From positions 34 through 64,033 of the forward strand of contig CAZOBR010000002.1 in NCBI GenBank assembly GCA_964578035.1: a stretch of DNA of 64,000 nucleotides. Reading direction: 5' to 3'. Positions 9,856 through 19,626 of the stretch are shown here, piece after piece. Every line of letters begins with the position of its first letter. Within the stretch, counting starts at the first letter, position 1. The translations under genes and the position numbers were made by a program. Under the pieces are notes generated by a model. It ran no database searches. It was not told where the DNA came from and saw nothing but the letters and a program-made list of their open reading frames with translations. This DNA is from an uncultured Gammaproteobacteria bacterium (lineage in GTDB: Bacteria; Pseudomonadota; Gammaproteobacteria; Arenicellales; Arenicellaceae).

Positions 9856-10767
9856 ATCAATCAAGCTAATTCACCCACTGAAGATCTAGAGCAGTTTCTA
9901 ACGCAACTCAGTGTTGAGCGCCAGCTATCTACGCATACGATTAAAGCTTATCGACGTGACATTAATAAACTGTTCAAGTTTTGTGATGAGCGTGGCGTAC
10001 TGCTTTGGCAAGGGCTAAACAATCATACGGTTAGGCTTTTTAGCGCCAGCTTAAACGCCAATGACTTACATGCCAAAAGTATCCAGCGCATATTATCGGC
10101 AGGTCGAGGCTTAGCGCGATTTTTGATTCGCACTAAGAAACTCGAAACCAACCCATTTGATGATGTGCGCGCACCAAAATCTGAAAAACGTTTACCCAAA
10201 ACACTGAATGTTGATCAGATTGCAGCATTAGTAGAAATTGACGTAAACGACCCATTAAGCTATCGCGACAAAGCCGTGATGGAATTGTTTTACTCATCTG
10301 GCCTACGTTTAAGCGAGCTCTGTAATATTAACTTAAACGATCTCGACCTACCTTCGAAAATGATTCGCGTAACTGGAAAAGGTAATAAAATGCGCGACCT
10401 CCCGATTGGCCGCCAAGCGGACAAAGCAATTCGAGAATGGCTGCTACAACGCAATGCATTACCACTGAAAGACTACGAAGCCTTATTTGTCAGCCAACTT
10501 GGTAATCGTATTAGTGTGCGATCAATTCAACAGCGAATTAAACACTGGGCTAAAAAACAAGGCATCGAAATATCTGTTAGCCCACACATGCTCAGACACT
10601 CCTTCGCTAGCCACTTACTCGAATCAAGCGGCGAACTGCGCTCTGTTCAAGAACTGCTAGGCCACGCCAACATTAGCACCACGCAGATATACACCCACTT
10701 AGACTTTCAACATTTAGCGCAAGTCTACGACGACGCTCACCCAAGAGCGCGTTCTAAGAAAAAATAA
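9856..10767 (+). CDS. xerC: Tyrosine recombinase XerC (N-terminus extends upstream of the ORF-track start; probable ATC start at 9856)
   Basis: RDKAVMELFYSSGLRLSEL, SPHMLRHSFASHLLESSG, LLGHANISTTQIYTHLDFQHLA; same frame open from 9847 encodes LEQFLTQLSVERQLSTHTIKAYRRD; dapF-DUF484-xerC synteny. Confidence 0.92.
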   Translation: MNQANSPTEDLEQFLTQLSVERQLSTHTIKAYRRDINKLFKFCDERGVLLWQGLNNHTVRLFSASLNANDLHAKSIQRILSAGRGLARFLIRTKKLETNPFDDVRAPKSEKRLPKTLNVDQIAALVEIDVNDPLSYRDKAVMELFYSSGLRLSELCNINLNDLDLPSKMIRVTGKGNKMRDLPIGRQADKAIREWLLQRNALPLKDYEALFVSQLGNRISVRSIQQRIKHWAKKQGIEISVSPHMLRHSFASHLLESSGELRSVQELLGHANISTTQIYTHLDFQHLAQVYDDAHPRARSKKK

Positions 10768-10796
10768 GACTTTTAAAGAAAAGGCCCTTTGCTCGC

Positions 10797-10837
10797 GCTC
10801 TGGATGACACTTTGCGCTTACGACTGTCATCCAGAGC
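10797..10837. terminator. 13-bp inverted repeat between convergent xerC and aminotransferase genes
   Basis: GCTCTGGATGACA-N15-TGTCATCCAGAGC; no U tail, so role uncertain. Confidence 0.5.
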
Positions 10838-10838
10838 A

Positions 10839-11993
10839 TTAGCGAAGCATCTTTTCAATCACATTTGTCATCCGTTCAACAGCTGTCCGTAGATCCGCTT
10901 CGCAGCTATGACTAAAATTAAGTCGCAGAGCAGGCAGCGCGTTTTTAGGCTCCTTATAAAACACATCACTTGGCACCACAGCAACACCTTCCTTTAATAA
11001 GGTTTTCGCAATCAGCATGGGTTCACCGTGTTGCACCTGTAACCAAACAAACATGCCACCTTGAACAGGGCTGCACTTACAATACGTTTTCAACAAGGGT
11101 TTTAACGCCCGCATAATGACCTCGTACCGCTGTTGATAACTGGCTCGTAACTCGGCAAGGTGTTTAGCAAAATAAGTTGAACTTAATAATTGCAGCAATA
11201 CAGCCTGCGCTGGCAAAGCCGTGTGCAGATCTGCGGCTTGTTTTACTTTTATAAGGGCTTGCAAATATCTCTCTGGCGCACAGACCATGCCAAGGCGCAA
11301 ACCAGGCGAGGCGATTTTCGAGAACGACCTCAATACAAAAGCATTATCCTGACAAAACGAAGACACCAACGGTAAAGAATCACCACTAAAACGCAACTCT
11401 CGATACGGCACATCTTCTACTAAGACAACGTTGTAGCGAATACAAAGCTCAGCAACAGATTTGCGAACCTCCAAAGACCAACACACCCCCGTTGGGTTAT
11501 GAAAATCTGGCACACAATAAAACAGTTTGATTGATCCGCTGGCGAAGACTCGTTCAAGTTCATCTAGGTCTGGGCCATTATTACGTTGAATCACTGAGAT
11601 CACATTCGCTTGAGCCAAGCTAAAGATTTGCAACGCACCTAAATAGCTTGGCGCCTCCATTACTACTCCATCAGCAGGGTCGAGAAAAGCGCGTGCAATC
11701 AAATCAATGGCTTGCTGAGAGCCATTGCAGATCATAATGCCAATTTCTTCAGCAAGTTGGTAATGCGCGGATAAGAACTCAATTAGTGGCGAGTAACCCA
11801 AGGTTTCACCATACTGGAAAACTTCTGGCGTATTCGTTAATGATTGCATCGCCATCACAAGCTGCTTAACTGGCAGCGACTCTGTTGCTGGCAAACCGCC
11901 TGCCAAGGAAATCATATTGGGCGAATTTGTCGCACTTAGTATTTCGCGAATATATGAGGGCTTAATGCCGTTTAGTTTTTGGCTGACGTGCAT
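10839..11993 (-). CDS. PLP-dependent class I/II aminotransferase (LysN/ARO8-like)
   Basis: MISLAGGLP, NGSQQAIDL, PDFHNPTG, VEDVPY, SFSKIASPGLRLG (PLP lysine); ATG 11993 preferred. Confidence 0.88.
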   Translation of the reverse strand: MHVSQKLNGIKPSYIREILSATNSPNMISLAGGLPATESLPVKQLVMAMQSLTNTPEVFQYGETLGYSPLIEFLSAHYQLAEEIGIMICNGSQQAIDLIARAFLDPADGVVMEAPSYLGALQIFSLAQANVISVIQRNNGPDLDELERVFASGSIKLFYCVPDFHNPTGVCWSLEVRKSVAELCIRYNVVLVEDVPYRELRFSGDSLPLVSSFCQDNAFVLRSFSKIASPGLRLGMVCAPERYLQALIKVKQAADLHTALPAQAVLLQLLSSTYFAKHLAELRASYQQRYEVIMRALKPLLKTYCKCSPVQGGMFVWLQVQHGEPMLIAKTLLKEGVAVVPSDVFYKEPKNALPALRLNFSHSCEADLRTAVERMTNVIEKMLR

Positions 11994-12052
11994 TTTAATA
12001 GTTTCAAAGCAGATTATTGATAGCTGCAAGAATAGAACGACGCCCACAAAGT

Positions 12053-12103
12053 TATTTGTTCATTTATGCTCTTATATTTGTTCATTTGTGTGATATTTTG
12101 TTC
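12053..12103. promoter_or_regulatory. Direct repeats, candidate operator of the adjacent AraC regulator
   Basis: TATTTGTTCATTT(A/G)TG at 12053 and 12075 plus partial TTTGTTC at 12097, 20-22 bp period, in the divergent intergenic region. Confidence 0.5.
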
Positions 12104-12126
12104 TCAATATTTTTCGCTTTCGACAT

Positions 12127-13017
12127 ATGATCAGCCACCGAAACAACCAACAACAGCAATCAAGAATTAGTGATGTGCTTTTCGAGATACATCGAGATAT
12201 TGCAGCACCTTTATCTGCTGCTGCCTTAGCCAAAGTTGCTGCTTATTCAGAACAACATTTTCATCGAGTGTTTAAACAGGTAGTAGGCGAAACGGTGAAT
12301 GTGTATATTCGTCGCGCTCGTCTTGAACACGCGGCGAACCAACTTATGTTTGATCACAACAGTAGTGTATTGAGCATTGCGCAAAAATGTGGCTTTGCAT
12401 CGCTGTCTTCATTTAGCCAATCCTTTAAACAACTTTACCAAACAACGCCCGCTCAATGGCGACACATTGATAGAGTTAAAGCAAAGCCGCCTTATTTGTC
12501 AGACGCTGAGATTGCAGCAGCCTATCAACGTGTTAAAAATTACAATTTGCCTAAACCTGAACTTTTGACACTCAACAATCAGCGTGTTGCCTATGTCCGC
12601 CATCAGGGCTATGGGCGAAGTATTCGACAAGCATGGCAAACATTACACGCCTGGGCGATGAGTAATAATATTGATTTAACGCAAAGTCGTGACATTGGCT
12701 TACATCACTCAAACCCTGAGTGGGTGCCATTAAATGAATGCCGCTATGTCGCCTGTCTACCCATTGATAAATCGTTGATACGCCGTGGAATAGTCAATAG
12801 CTTAACGATTCCAGGCGGCTTACATGCCGCTTTTGACCTAACTGGGAAATACGGCGAGCTATTACCTTTGATTGGCAAGATACTTGAAACGTGGCTACCA
12901 ACGTCTGGATTTAAATTACAAACAACACCGGCATTTGTGCATTATCGTAAGAACCATTTTCTCGCCAAAGACGAACAATTTGATGTGCGTTTATTTCTGC
13001 CGATTTCGCTTGTTTGA
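12127..13017 (+). CDS. AraC-family regulator with C-terminal GyrI-like effector domain
   Basis: YSEQHFHRVFK, IAQKCGFASLSSFSQSFK HTH; VAYVRHQGY, CRYVACL, IPGGLHA GyrI-like region. Confidence 0.9.
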   Translation: MISHRNNQQQQSRISDVLFEIHRDIAAPLSAAALAKVAAYSEQHFHRVFKQVVGETVNVYIRRARLEHAANQLMFDHNSSVLSIAQKCGFASLSSFSQSFKQLYQTTPAQWRHIDRVKAKPPYLSDAEIAAAYQRVKNYNLPKPELLTLNNQRVAYVRHQGYGRSIRQAWQTLHAWAMSNNIDLTQSRDIGLHHSNPEWVPLNECRYVACLPIDKSLIRRGIVNSLTIPGGLHAAFDLTGKYGELLPLIGKILETWLPTSGFKLQTTPAFVHYRKNHFLAKDEQFDVRLFLPISLV

Positions 13018-13047
13018 AGCGAAGAATCTATTAAATCAAACAACCAC

Positions 13048-13075
13048 AAAAAAGACCGGATAAACCGGCCTTCTT
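13048..13075 (-). terminator. Intrinsic terminator for the MDR oxidoreductase gene
   Basis: Minus strand AAGGCCGG-TTTAT-CCGGTCTT-TTTT. Confidence 0.6.
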
Positions 13076-13095
13076 CGCTAACTAATTTTTACAAC

Positions 13096-14220
13096 TTACA
13101 AATCTTTACTTGGGTTTACCAAGTATTTTTCACCCGTGTGTTTCGCCACATAAGTGCTGGCTACCTCTGGTGTCATCAACTCTTTGAGTGACAAAGTTTT
13201 TGTGTAGTTACTGGCGAATGTCGTGTCGATTTCGTCAGCGACACGTTGGCGTAACTCTCCGGCGCGTTCCATGCCAACACGGTTTAAAAAGTGCGGTAGT
13301 AAATAACCGCCAATAGCCCAGCACATGCCATAAGCACGATTTAGAACAGTGGGTGATACATCGAGAGCACCATACAAGTACACTTGTTTTAATTGCTCGG
13401 AACCATAGGTGTTCAAACCTTTTGCATCTTTACTTAGCACGGCCTCCATCGTCGTTAGAATATCGCTGGCGAGGTTACCGCCGCCAGTTGCATCAAACGC
13501 GATCGTGGCTCCGGTTGCGTCAATCGCAGCATACAAATCTTTTTTGTATGTCTCTGCTGATGAATTCACAATATATTTTGCACCAAGCGCTTTAAGCACA
13601 TCGACTTGCTCTTGCTTGCGAACAATATTGACCAAGTCTACGCCATCGGCAATACAAATCTTGTTCAACATTTGCCCAAGGTTAGAGGCCGCTGCTGTGT
13701 GAATCAATGCTGTATGACCTTCCAAACGCATGGTGTCCACCATTGAAAGTGCTGTTAACGGGTTCACAAATGATGAAGCTGCTTGCTCTGCCGTGGTGCC
13801 TTCGTTAAATGGCAAGCAAGCCATTGCTGGCACGCAGCAGTACTGCGCATAACTCGCACCTGACATTACGGCCACGGTTTTACCCACTAAGCCTTCGGCA
13901 CCTTCGCCTGCTTCAACGACGGTGCCCGCGCCTTCATTACCAACAGGCAGCACTTGATCGAGCCGCGAACGAACCGCGATTAACATTGATTGATGTACTG
14001 GCGCTGTCATCACACGACGGCTATCTGAATACTCTAACTCAGCCTTACTTAAATCAGCCGGACCAAACATTGGCCACATATCAGACGGGTTAACGGGTGC
14101 GGCCTCCATTTTGATCAATACTTGTCCTGGGCCTGGAGTTGGCACCTCTACTTCGAGCATAGAAAATTCGAGTTGGCCTTCGCTTGTAATGTTTGAAAAT
14201 ATTTGTTGTCCGGTAGACAT
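13096..14220 (-). CDS. MDR-superfamily oxidoreductase (zinc-independent, NADH oxidase/enoyl reductase-like)
   Basis: EAAPVNPSD, GNEGAGTVV, SSFVNPLTAL, HTAAASNLGQML, FDATGGG. Confidence 0.85.
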   Translation of the reverse strand: MSTGQQIFSNITSEGQLEFSMLEVEVPTPGPGQVLIKMEAAPVNPSDMWPMFGPADLSKAELEYSDSRRVMTAPVHQSMLIAVRSRLDQVLPVGNEGAGTVVEAGEGAEGLVGKTVAVMSGASYAQYCCVPAMACLPFNEGTTAEQAASSFVNPLTALSMVDTMRLEGHTALIHTAAASNLGQMLNKICIADGVDLVNIVRKQEQVDVLKALGAKYIVNSSAETYKKDLYAAIDATGATIAFDATGGGNLASDILTTMEAVLSKDAKGLNTYGSEQLKQVYLYGALDVSPTVLNRAYGMCWAIGGYLLPHFLNRVGMERAGELRQRVADEIDTTFASNYTKTLSLKELMTPEVASTYVAKHTGEKYLVNPSKDL

Positions 14221-14367
14221 AACAATCTCCTAGTAATATTCGGTATGCTTTTTTACGTTATTTATAAACGGCACAAAGAATGCGTTAAATTTAATTTCAG
14301 CTGGTAGTTCACCAGATTTGGCAGACGAGTATTACCTAGACGACAAAGTTAATCAACAACTTGTAAA

Positions 14368-14889
14368 CTATTGCTGCTTATCCATACGAAATAAAAACCA
14401 AGAACCAGAAGAGCCACCTAATGACAATTGTTGCTCGCCAGCCAAAGTGGCTCCAACTTTTTGCATGGCCTTTTGTGAACGGATATTGCTTGATGCAACA
14501 TGAAACCAAACCGTGTCGAAGCTATTAAATGCGTGGTCTAACATAAGTTGCTTTAGTTCTGCATTTACCTTGCCACCCCAACAGCGATACGCCAAAAAGG
14601 TAAACCCTATTGCAACACCACCTGCGGGCGTTTCATCAAAATAATAGCGTGATGAGCCAATAATTTGATTACTCGAATTTTCAGTAACCGTTATCGCACC
14701 ACCCGACTCCAACGCGCTGGCGAACCACTCTTTAAAGCACTCTAGTTTATAACGGTCGGTATTTGGGTGGCCGGCCCAAACGCGTTGGTCACCACCGCAG
14801 GCGAATAAGCCATCAAAATCGTCTTCCGATAAAGGCTTAACAGAAATAGTTGGGCCTGATAAAACAGGCTGACGATTGAACTCAGTCAT
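14368..14889 (-). CDS. GNAT-family N-acetyltransferase (RimJ/RimL-like)
   Basis: IIGSSRYY, IGFTFL...WGG..N.ELK.LML.HAF, NIRSQKAM.KVGA. Confidence 0.88.
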   Translation of the reverse strand: MTEFNRQPVLSGPTISVKPLSEDDFDGLFACGGDQRVWAGHPNTDRYKLECFKEWFASALESGGAITVTENSSNQIIGSSRYYFDETPAGGVAIGFTFLAYRCWGGKVNAELKQLMLDHAFNSFDTVWFHVASSNIRSQKAMQKVGATLAGEQQLSLGGSSGSWFLFRMDKQQ

Positions 14890-14925
14890 TCGGTTAGCGA
14901 GTCAGTTAACTAATATAGCGCTAAA

Positions 14926-15591
14926 CTAAAAACGCGGGAATACGTTGAGCGTGACTTGGCCATCTTGCACATCAATAGACTTAACCGACAAATTCTTTAA
15001 AGCCAAGCTGGTGCTGTTTGCACGCTCGACTTTCGCACCCAATTGACGTAAGGCGTTATTGGAAATGGGTATTGCACCCACTTTGACACTGAAATCATCT
15101 TTAATCGCAATTTCACCGTTGCGTGCAACCGGCCGCCCAATCACTGAAACAGACATACGCGAGCCGCTTAAAAATGGGAACATGCCACTGACTCTCTCCA
15201 CTGCTTTGCGTGCTTTGGCGTCTATTTTCTCGACTTTGTCGAGATTAATTACTGCGCCAATTTCAATTTGACCATCAGTTAACTTAGCGTTCACCGCATC
15301 ACTCACGGCTAATAGTTTGCGGCCATCATCGCTTGTTTTTAAACTGGCCAATAGCAACAAGTTAAACTCATCCTCAGTTAACACCACGCGGCCTTTTAGG
15401 ACGTCCGCAAACTTATTACCTAAAAACTTGCCAACGCCTTGTTTTTCAATGCGCGCGGCCAACACTTTTTGATTACGGTCTTGTTGGGTTTCTTGTTCGT
15501 TGAACCAGCTGGGTAATGATTGAGCCGACGCCCACATAATACCGACCGCAGCCACCACTAAAACAATGACCATTAATAAGAATTTTTTCAT
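14926..15591 (-). CDS. Hypothetical membrane-anchored or exported protein
   Basis: 221-aa ORF with N-terminal hydrophobic segment; no family recognised. Confidence 0.7.
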   Translation of the reverse strand: MKKFLLMVIVLVVAAVGIMWASAQSLPSWFNEQETQQDRNQKVLAARIEKQGVGKFLGNKFADVLKGRVVLTEDEFNLLLLASLKTSDDGRKLLAVSDAVNAKLTDGQIEIGAVINLDKVEKIDAKARKAVERVSGMFPFLSGSRMSVSVIGRPVARNGEIAIKDDFSVKVGAIPISNNALRQLGAKVERANSTSLALKNLSVKSIDVQDGQVTLNVFPRF

Positions 15592-15683
15592 CGTGTTGTT
15601 TAAACTTTGCTAATCAATGCCTACAATATAGCGACTGCGAACCGATTCGCCAACTTATTCTACAAACACGTATTCTTGCCCTA

Positions 15684-16808
15684 ATGACTGACTCAAACGA
15701 AACGCCCGATAACATTGAAAAAAAAGGCGGCATACGTAAATTTTTCAAACGCAATAAAGCGATACCAAGCGATGCTCCGCAAGAAACATCAGACCAAATT
15801 CAACAGCACAATGTAAACGCAGCAGACTCAACGGAAACCGTCACAACAGCGCCTAGCAACACAAGCGAGCAAAGCGCGAGTGTCGAAACTGGCTTAGATA
15901 AATCGCGTTCCAGCTTTCTGAGCAAAATCGGCAATGTCTTTAAAGGCTCGTTTGATTTAGACGATGATCTATTTGATGACCTTGAAGAAGTGCTGATCAC
16001 CAGCGACATCGGCGTAGAAGCCAGCTTAGTACTGGTTGAGAACCTCCGCACTCGGGTTAAGTCTGAAAAAATTCAAGATGCCGCTGGTGTTGTGCAAGGC
16101 TTGCGCGATGAAATAAATGAGCTAATCAAAGTCGCTGAACAACCTTGGAATACCGCGCTAGAGCAGTCGGCCGAATCAAACCACAAACCCTATGTAATGC
16201 TCATGGTGGGCGTAAACGGTGTTGGCAAAACCACCACCACCGCCAAAATTGCCAAGCTTTTCAAAGATCAGGGCAAATCGGTCATGTTAGCCGCCGCCGA
16301 TACGTTTCGCGCGGCCGCGGTTGAGCAATTGCAAGAATGGGGGCAGCGCTTAGACATTCCAGTGGTTGCGCAAAGCACAGGTGCAGATGCCGCGGCCGTT
16401 GCACACGACGCGCTAACATCAGCCATTGCGCGCAAGATTGATATTTTAATGATCGATACCGCTGGCCGACTACACACCCAAAGTGATTTAATGGAGCAAT
16501 TACAAAAAGTGAATCGCGTTTTGGCCAGAATAGACCCAACAACCCCACACGAAGTGATGCAAATACTCGATGCCGGTACTGGGCAAAATGCTTTATCGCA
16601 GTTAGATCATTTTAAAGAAGCCGTGGGTGTTTCTAGTATTTGTTTAACCAAGCTTGATGGTTCCGCCAAAGGCGGTGTGGCAATCTCGTTAACCCAAAAG
16701 CACCAGTTACCGATTCGCTTCATCGGCCTTGGTGAAGGCTTTAACGATTTAAAACCGTTTGTTGCCAGTGAGTTTGCCAGCGCACTGATTCCAGACCTAA
16801 AGGGCTAA
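15684..16808 (+). CDS. ftsY: SRP receptor FtsY
   Basis: GVNGVGKTTT, DTFRAAAVEQL, DTAGRLH, TKLDGSAKGG. Confidence 0.97.
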   Translation: MTDSNETPDNIEKKGGIRKFFKRNKAIPSDAPQETSDQIQQHNVNAADSTETVTTAPSNTSEQSASVETGLDKSRSSFLSKIGNVFKGSFDLDDDLFDDLEEVLITSDIGVEASLVLVENLRTRVKSEKIQDAAGVVQGLRDEINELIKVAEQPWNTALEQSAESNHKPYVMLMVGVNGVGKTTTTAKIAKLFKDQGKSVMLAAADTFRAAAVEQLQEWGQRLDIPVVAQSTGADAAAVAHDALTSAIARKIDILMIDTAGRLHTQSDLMEQLQKVNRVLARIDPTTPHEVMQILDAGTGQNALSQLDHFKEAVGVSSICLTKLDGSAKGGVAISLTQKHQLPIRFIGLGEGFNDLKPFVASEFASALIPDLKG

Positions 16809-16816
16809 CTGACACC

Positions 16817-17536
16817 GTGATTAAATTCAGCCAAGTTACCAAGCAATACCGCAATGGCCATGAAGCGCTAAAAAACGTTAGCTTTGATATTCAAGCGGGC
16901 GAAATGGTGTTCTTAGAAGGGCACTCTGGCGCGGGTAAAAGTACGCTGTTTAAATTAATTTCACGCATTGAAAAACCCACCTCTGGGCAAATTATTGTTG
17001 ATAACAAAAACTTAGGTCGGCTACGCGCTGGCAAAATCCCAGCGCTGCGCCGCGACATAGGCGTGATTTTTCAAGATCATAAATTACTGCTCGATCGCTC
17101 GGTGTTTGATAACGTGGCCTTACCATTAATCGTGATTGGTATGCCACATGATGAAATTCGCAAACGCGTTCGTGCTGCGCTTGGCAAAGTTGGCCTATCG
17201 GGTAAAGAAAGCGCACTGCCCATTACGCTATCAGGCGGTGAACAACAACGCGTTGGTATTGCGCGCGCGGTCATTAATCGCCCGAATATTTTACTAGCCG
17301 ATGAACCTACTGGTAATTTAGACGAAGCCCTGTCGGATGAAATCATTGATATTTTTGCCGACTTTAACCAAGTTGGCGTGACCGTATTAATTGCCACACA
17401 CGACACCCGTCAAGTCGCACGCCTAGGCAAACGAACTCTGCATTTGGAGCACGGTGAATTGATCGAACCGAGTATCGAGAGCTTCACGCTCGAGCCCGAA
17501 TTAAGCAACCGCACCAGCGAGCAAAACGATGGGTAG
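16817..17536 (+). CDS. ftsE: Cell division ATP-binding protein FtsE
   Basis: GHSGAGKST, IFQDHKLL, LSGGEQQRVGIARA, LADEPTGNLD; ftsY-ftsE-ftsX order. Confidence 0.96.
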   Translation: MIKFSQVTKQYRNGHEALKNVSFDIQAGEMVFLEGHSGAGKSTLFKLISRIEKPTSGQIIVDNKNLGRLRAGKIPALRRDIGVIFQDHKLLLDRSVFDNVALPLIVIGMPHDEIRKRVRAALGKVGLSGKESALPITLSGGEQQRVGIARAVINRPNILLADEPTGNLDEALSDEIIDIFADFNQVGVTVLIATHDTRQVARLGKRTLHLEHGELIEPSIESFTLEPELSNRTSEQNDG

Positions 17537-18476
17537 TTATTTAACGCGCCATTTACAAGTCTTGTTCGCCACGTTAGGCGACATGCGCCGCACGCCAATG
17601 GCCTCATTCAATACCTTGGTGATTATTGCCATTATGGTTTTACTGCCGTGTTTAATGTACGTATTTGTGAAAAGCGCGCAATCACTGAGTGGCAACTGGC
17701 AAGGCCGCCCGCAAATTTCTATTTTTTTGCAAAAAGGCTTAAGCCCAGATGTCACCAAGCTAATCTTTGACGAAATTCGCCTGAACCCAGCGATAGAACT
17801 GGCGGAATTGATTAACCCTGATCAAGCCCTACAAGAATTCAAAATACTCTCGCAACTCGATTCAGACTCAAATGCCGTAAACGCACAAGTAGACGCACAA
17901 ATTGAGCTACTTGGTGAAAACCCATTGCCTGCTTCTATTGTTGTAATGCCAAGCCTAGGTTTTTCACGCTCTGACAAACTACTCAACCTAAAGACAGAAC
18001 TCAGCAATTTTGAAGGCATCGACACCATACGGCTCGACCTAGATTGGATAGATCGCTTTAATGCCATTTTAAATGTATCTGGCCGAACTGCCGTATTGAT
18101 CAGTGCCCTACTCGCCATCGCCTTAATATTCATCATCGGCAACACCATCAAACTGCTGATCATGAACCGCCGCCAAGAAATTGAAATCACTAAACTGGTC
18201 GGCGGCACAGATACTTTTGTGCGCAGACCTTTTCTATACTACGGCAGTCTATTTGGATTCTTCGGCGCACTCATTGCGCTTGGTCTACTGCTGCTAGCCG
18301 CCAAACTAATCAACCCCGCAATCACACAGCTCGCCGCCAGTTACCAAACCGGCAATTTAATCTACGCGTTAAACGCCTCTGAAATTGCAATCATCATCGT
18401 AGCCAGCACCGCCCTAGGCTGGCTCGCAGCCCGCTGGTCAGTCGCGCAACACCTAAGGCACATTCAGCCTAGATAA
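17529..18476 (+). CDS. ftsX: Cell division permease FtsX
   Basis: ENPLPASIVV, IGNTIKL, EIEITKLVGGTDTFVRRPFLY. Confidence 0.95.
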   Translation: MGSYLTRHLQVLFATLGDMRRTPMASFNTLVIIAIMVLLPCLMYVFVKSAQSLSGNWQGRPQISIFLQKGLSPDVTKLIFDEIRLNPAIELAELINPDQALQEFKILSQLDSDSNAVNAQVDAQIELLGENPLPASIVVMPSLGFSRSDKLLNLKTELSNFEGIDTIRLDLDWIDRFNAILNVSGRTAVLISALLAIALIFIIGNTIKLLIMNRRQEIEITKLVGGTDTFVRRPFLYYGSLFGFFGALIALGLLLLAAKLINPAITQLAASYQTGNLIYALNASEIAIIIVASTALGWLAARWSVAQHLRHIQPR

Positions 18477-18592
18477 TAGCCAATTGCCCAACCTGACAAA
18501 ACCACAGTACATGTTTAACTCTTTCACCCCAGCCAAAATCAGTGTAAAGTGAAATAAACCTATAAAAATCAAGATGTTTGGAGCATATGGAG

Positions 18593-18632
18593 AAAATGGA
18601 ACAAGAGACAAAATGGAACAAGAGACAAAATG
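18593..18632. repeat. 17-bp tandem duplication
   Basis: AAAATGGAACAAGAGAC x2 followed by AAAATG, which contains the start codon of the next ORF. Confidence 0.8.
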
Positions 18633-18908
18633 CGCACGCAATTTAATAAGCTATTAGGTGTATCAGATTTGAACCTGACAAAGGCATTGTATGTCGTGTG
18701 TTTTATTCTGAGTTCCGGTGTAACTCTATCTTTATTTAGAATTTGGCGGAAAAGAAATGCGATGCCATACAACGAGGCTGGCAGATATTACGACGGCACC
18801 GTGGTTTGGCATGAGCAAGCAGTTGGCTTCTATATGGTTTTGGCTGTAGTCTCAATTTTGGTCAATATTGTTATAGTCATGCTTTATTGGAAAAAACATT
18901 CACAATGA
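18630..18908 (+). CDS. Hypothetical small membrane protein (2 TM)
   Basis: 92 aa, two hydrophobic segments flanking PYNEAGRYYDGTVVWHEQ. Confidence 0.6.
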   Translation: MRTQFNKLLGVSDLNLTKALYVVCFILSSGVTLSLFRIWRKRNAMPYNEAGRYYDGTVVWHEQAVGFYMVLAVVSILVNIVIVMLYWKKHSQ

Positions 18909-19031
18909 AAATACCATACAAGAACCAAAAAGCAATAAAGGTTATAAGAATGTGGACTCATTACGAATGAGAACCAACAACGATGAATAAAATAGCCTTG
19001 CCAACCTGTGTAACGGTTTCATGTAAATAAA

Positions 19032-19439
19032 ATGGCAACAATACTAAACACCTACCCTTATTTAGTGTCTGCATTTGGAAGTCTTGCTTTACTAATGCTG
19101 ATTCAGCTTGTGATTGCGGATGTTATTGGAATTCGTGCTAAGCATGTCCCTGGAACCGCGGTTGAATCGGATCATGATAATTTATTGTTTCGGGTTGATC
19201 GTGTTGTTGGTAATACAAACGAAAGTATTGCTATCTTTATTTTGGCGAGCATTTTTTGTGTTTTCTCAAATGCATCTGCCTATGCCGTTGGTATCGCGGC
19301 TTGGGGTTTTGTGATTTCTAGAATGGTTTACGCCTTGTGTTACTACGCAAACTTGCAGACCTTGCGCTCTATTATATTTGGTGTGTCAGCATTATCTTTA
19401 TTGGCGTTGATTGTGATTGGTGTGAGCGAGTGGTTTTAG
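19032..19439 (+). CDS. MAPEG-family membrane protein
   Basis: FRVDRVVGNTNES and FVISRMVYALCYY match MAPEG R.H.N..E / R..H/Y pattern; 4 TM. Confidence 0.8.
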   Translation: MATILNTYPYLVSAFGSLALLMLIQLVIADVIGIRAKHVPGTAVESDHDNLLFRVDRVVGNTNESIAIFILASIFCVFSNASAYAVGIAAWGFVISRMVYALCYYANLQTLRSIIFGVSALSLLALIVIGVSEWF

Positions 19440-19599
19440 TGTAGAAAGCTGTCGCCTCCTATAGCCATATATTCAAACAGTAAAGGAATTGCTGCAATTA
19501 ATTAACGGTGTTATCGGTCTTAAAAAATAAGCTAACATTGACGCCGTTTTTATAAATAACAGTTATAAAAACAATTTATTTTAGAAGAAATTAATTTTA

Positions 19600-19626
19600 T
19601 TAGCACTCTTACTTATTGAGTGCTAA
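19600..19626. promoter_or_regulatory. CIRCE element (HrcA operator) upstream of rpoH
   Basis: Perfect consensus TTAGCACTC-ttacttatt-GAGTGCTAA, 78 bp before the rpoH ATG. Confidence 0.93.

Noticed and set aside
9856-10767. Tyrosine recombinase as a prophage or island integrase
   Set aside because: XerC-specific C-terminus and dapF-DUF484-xerC synteny; no phage genes or att repeats
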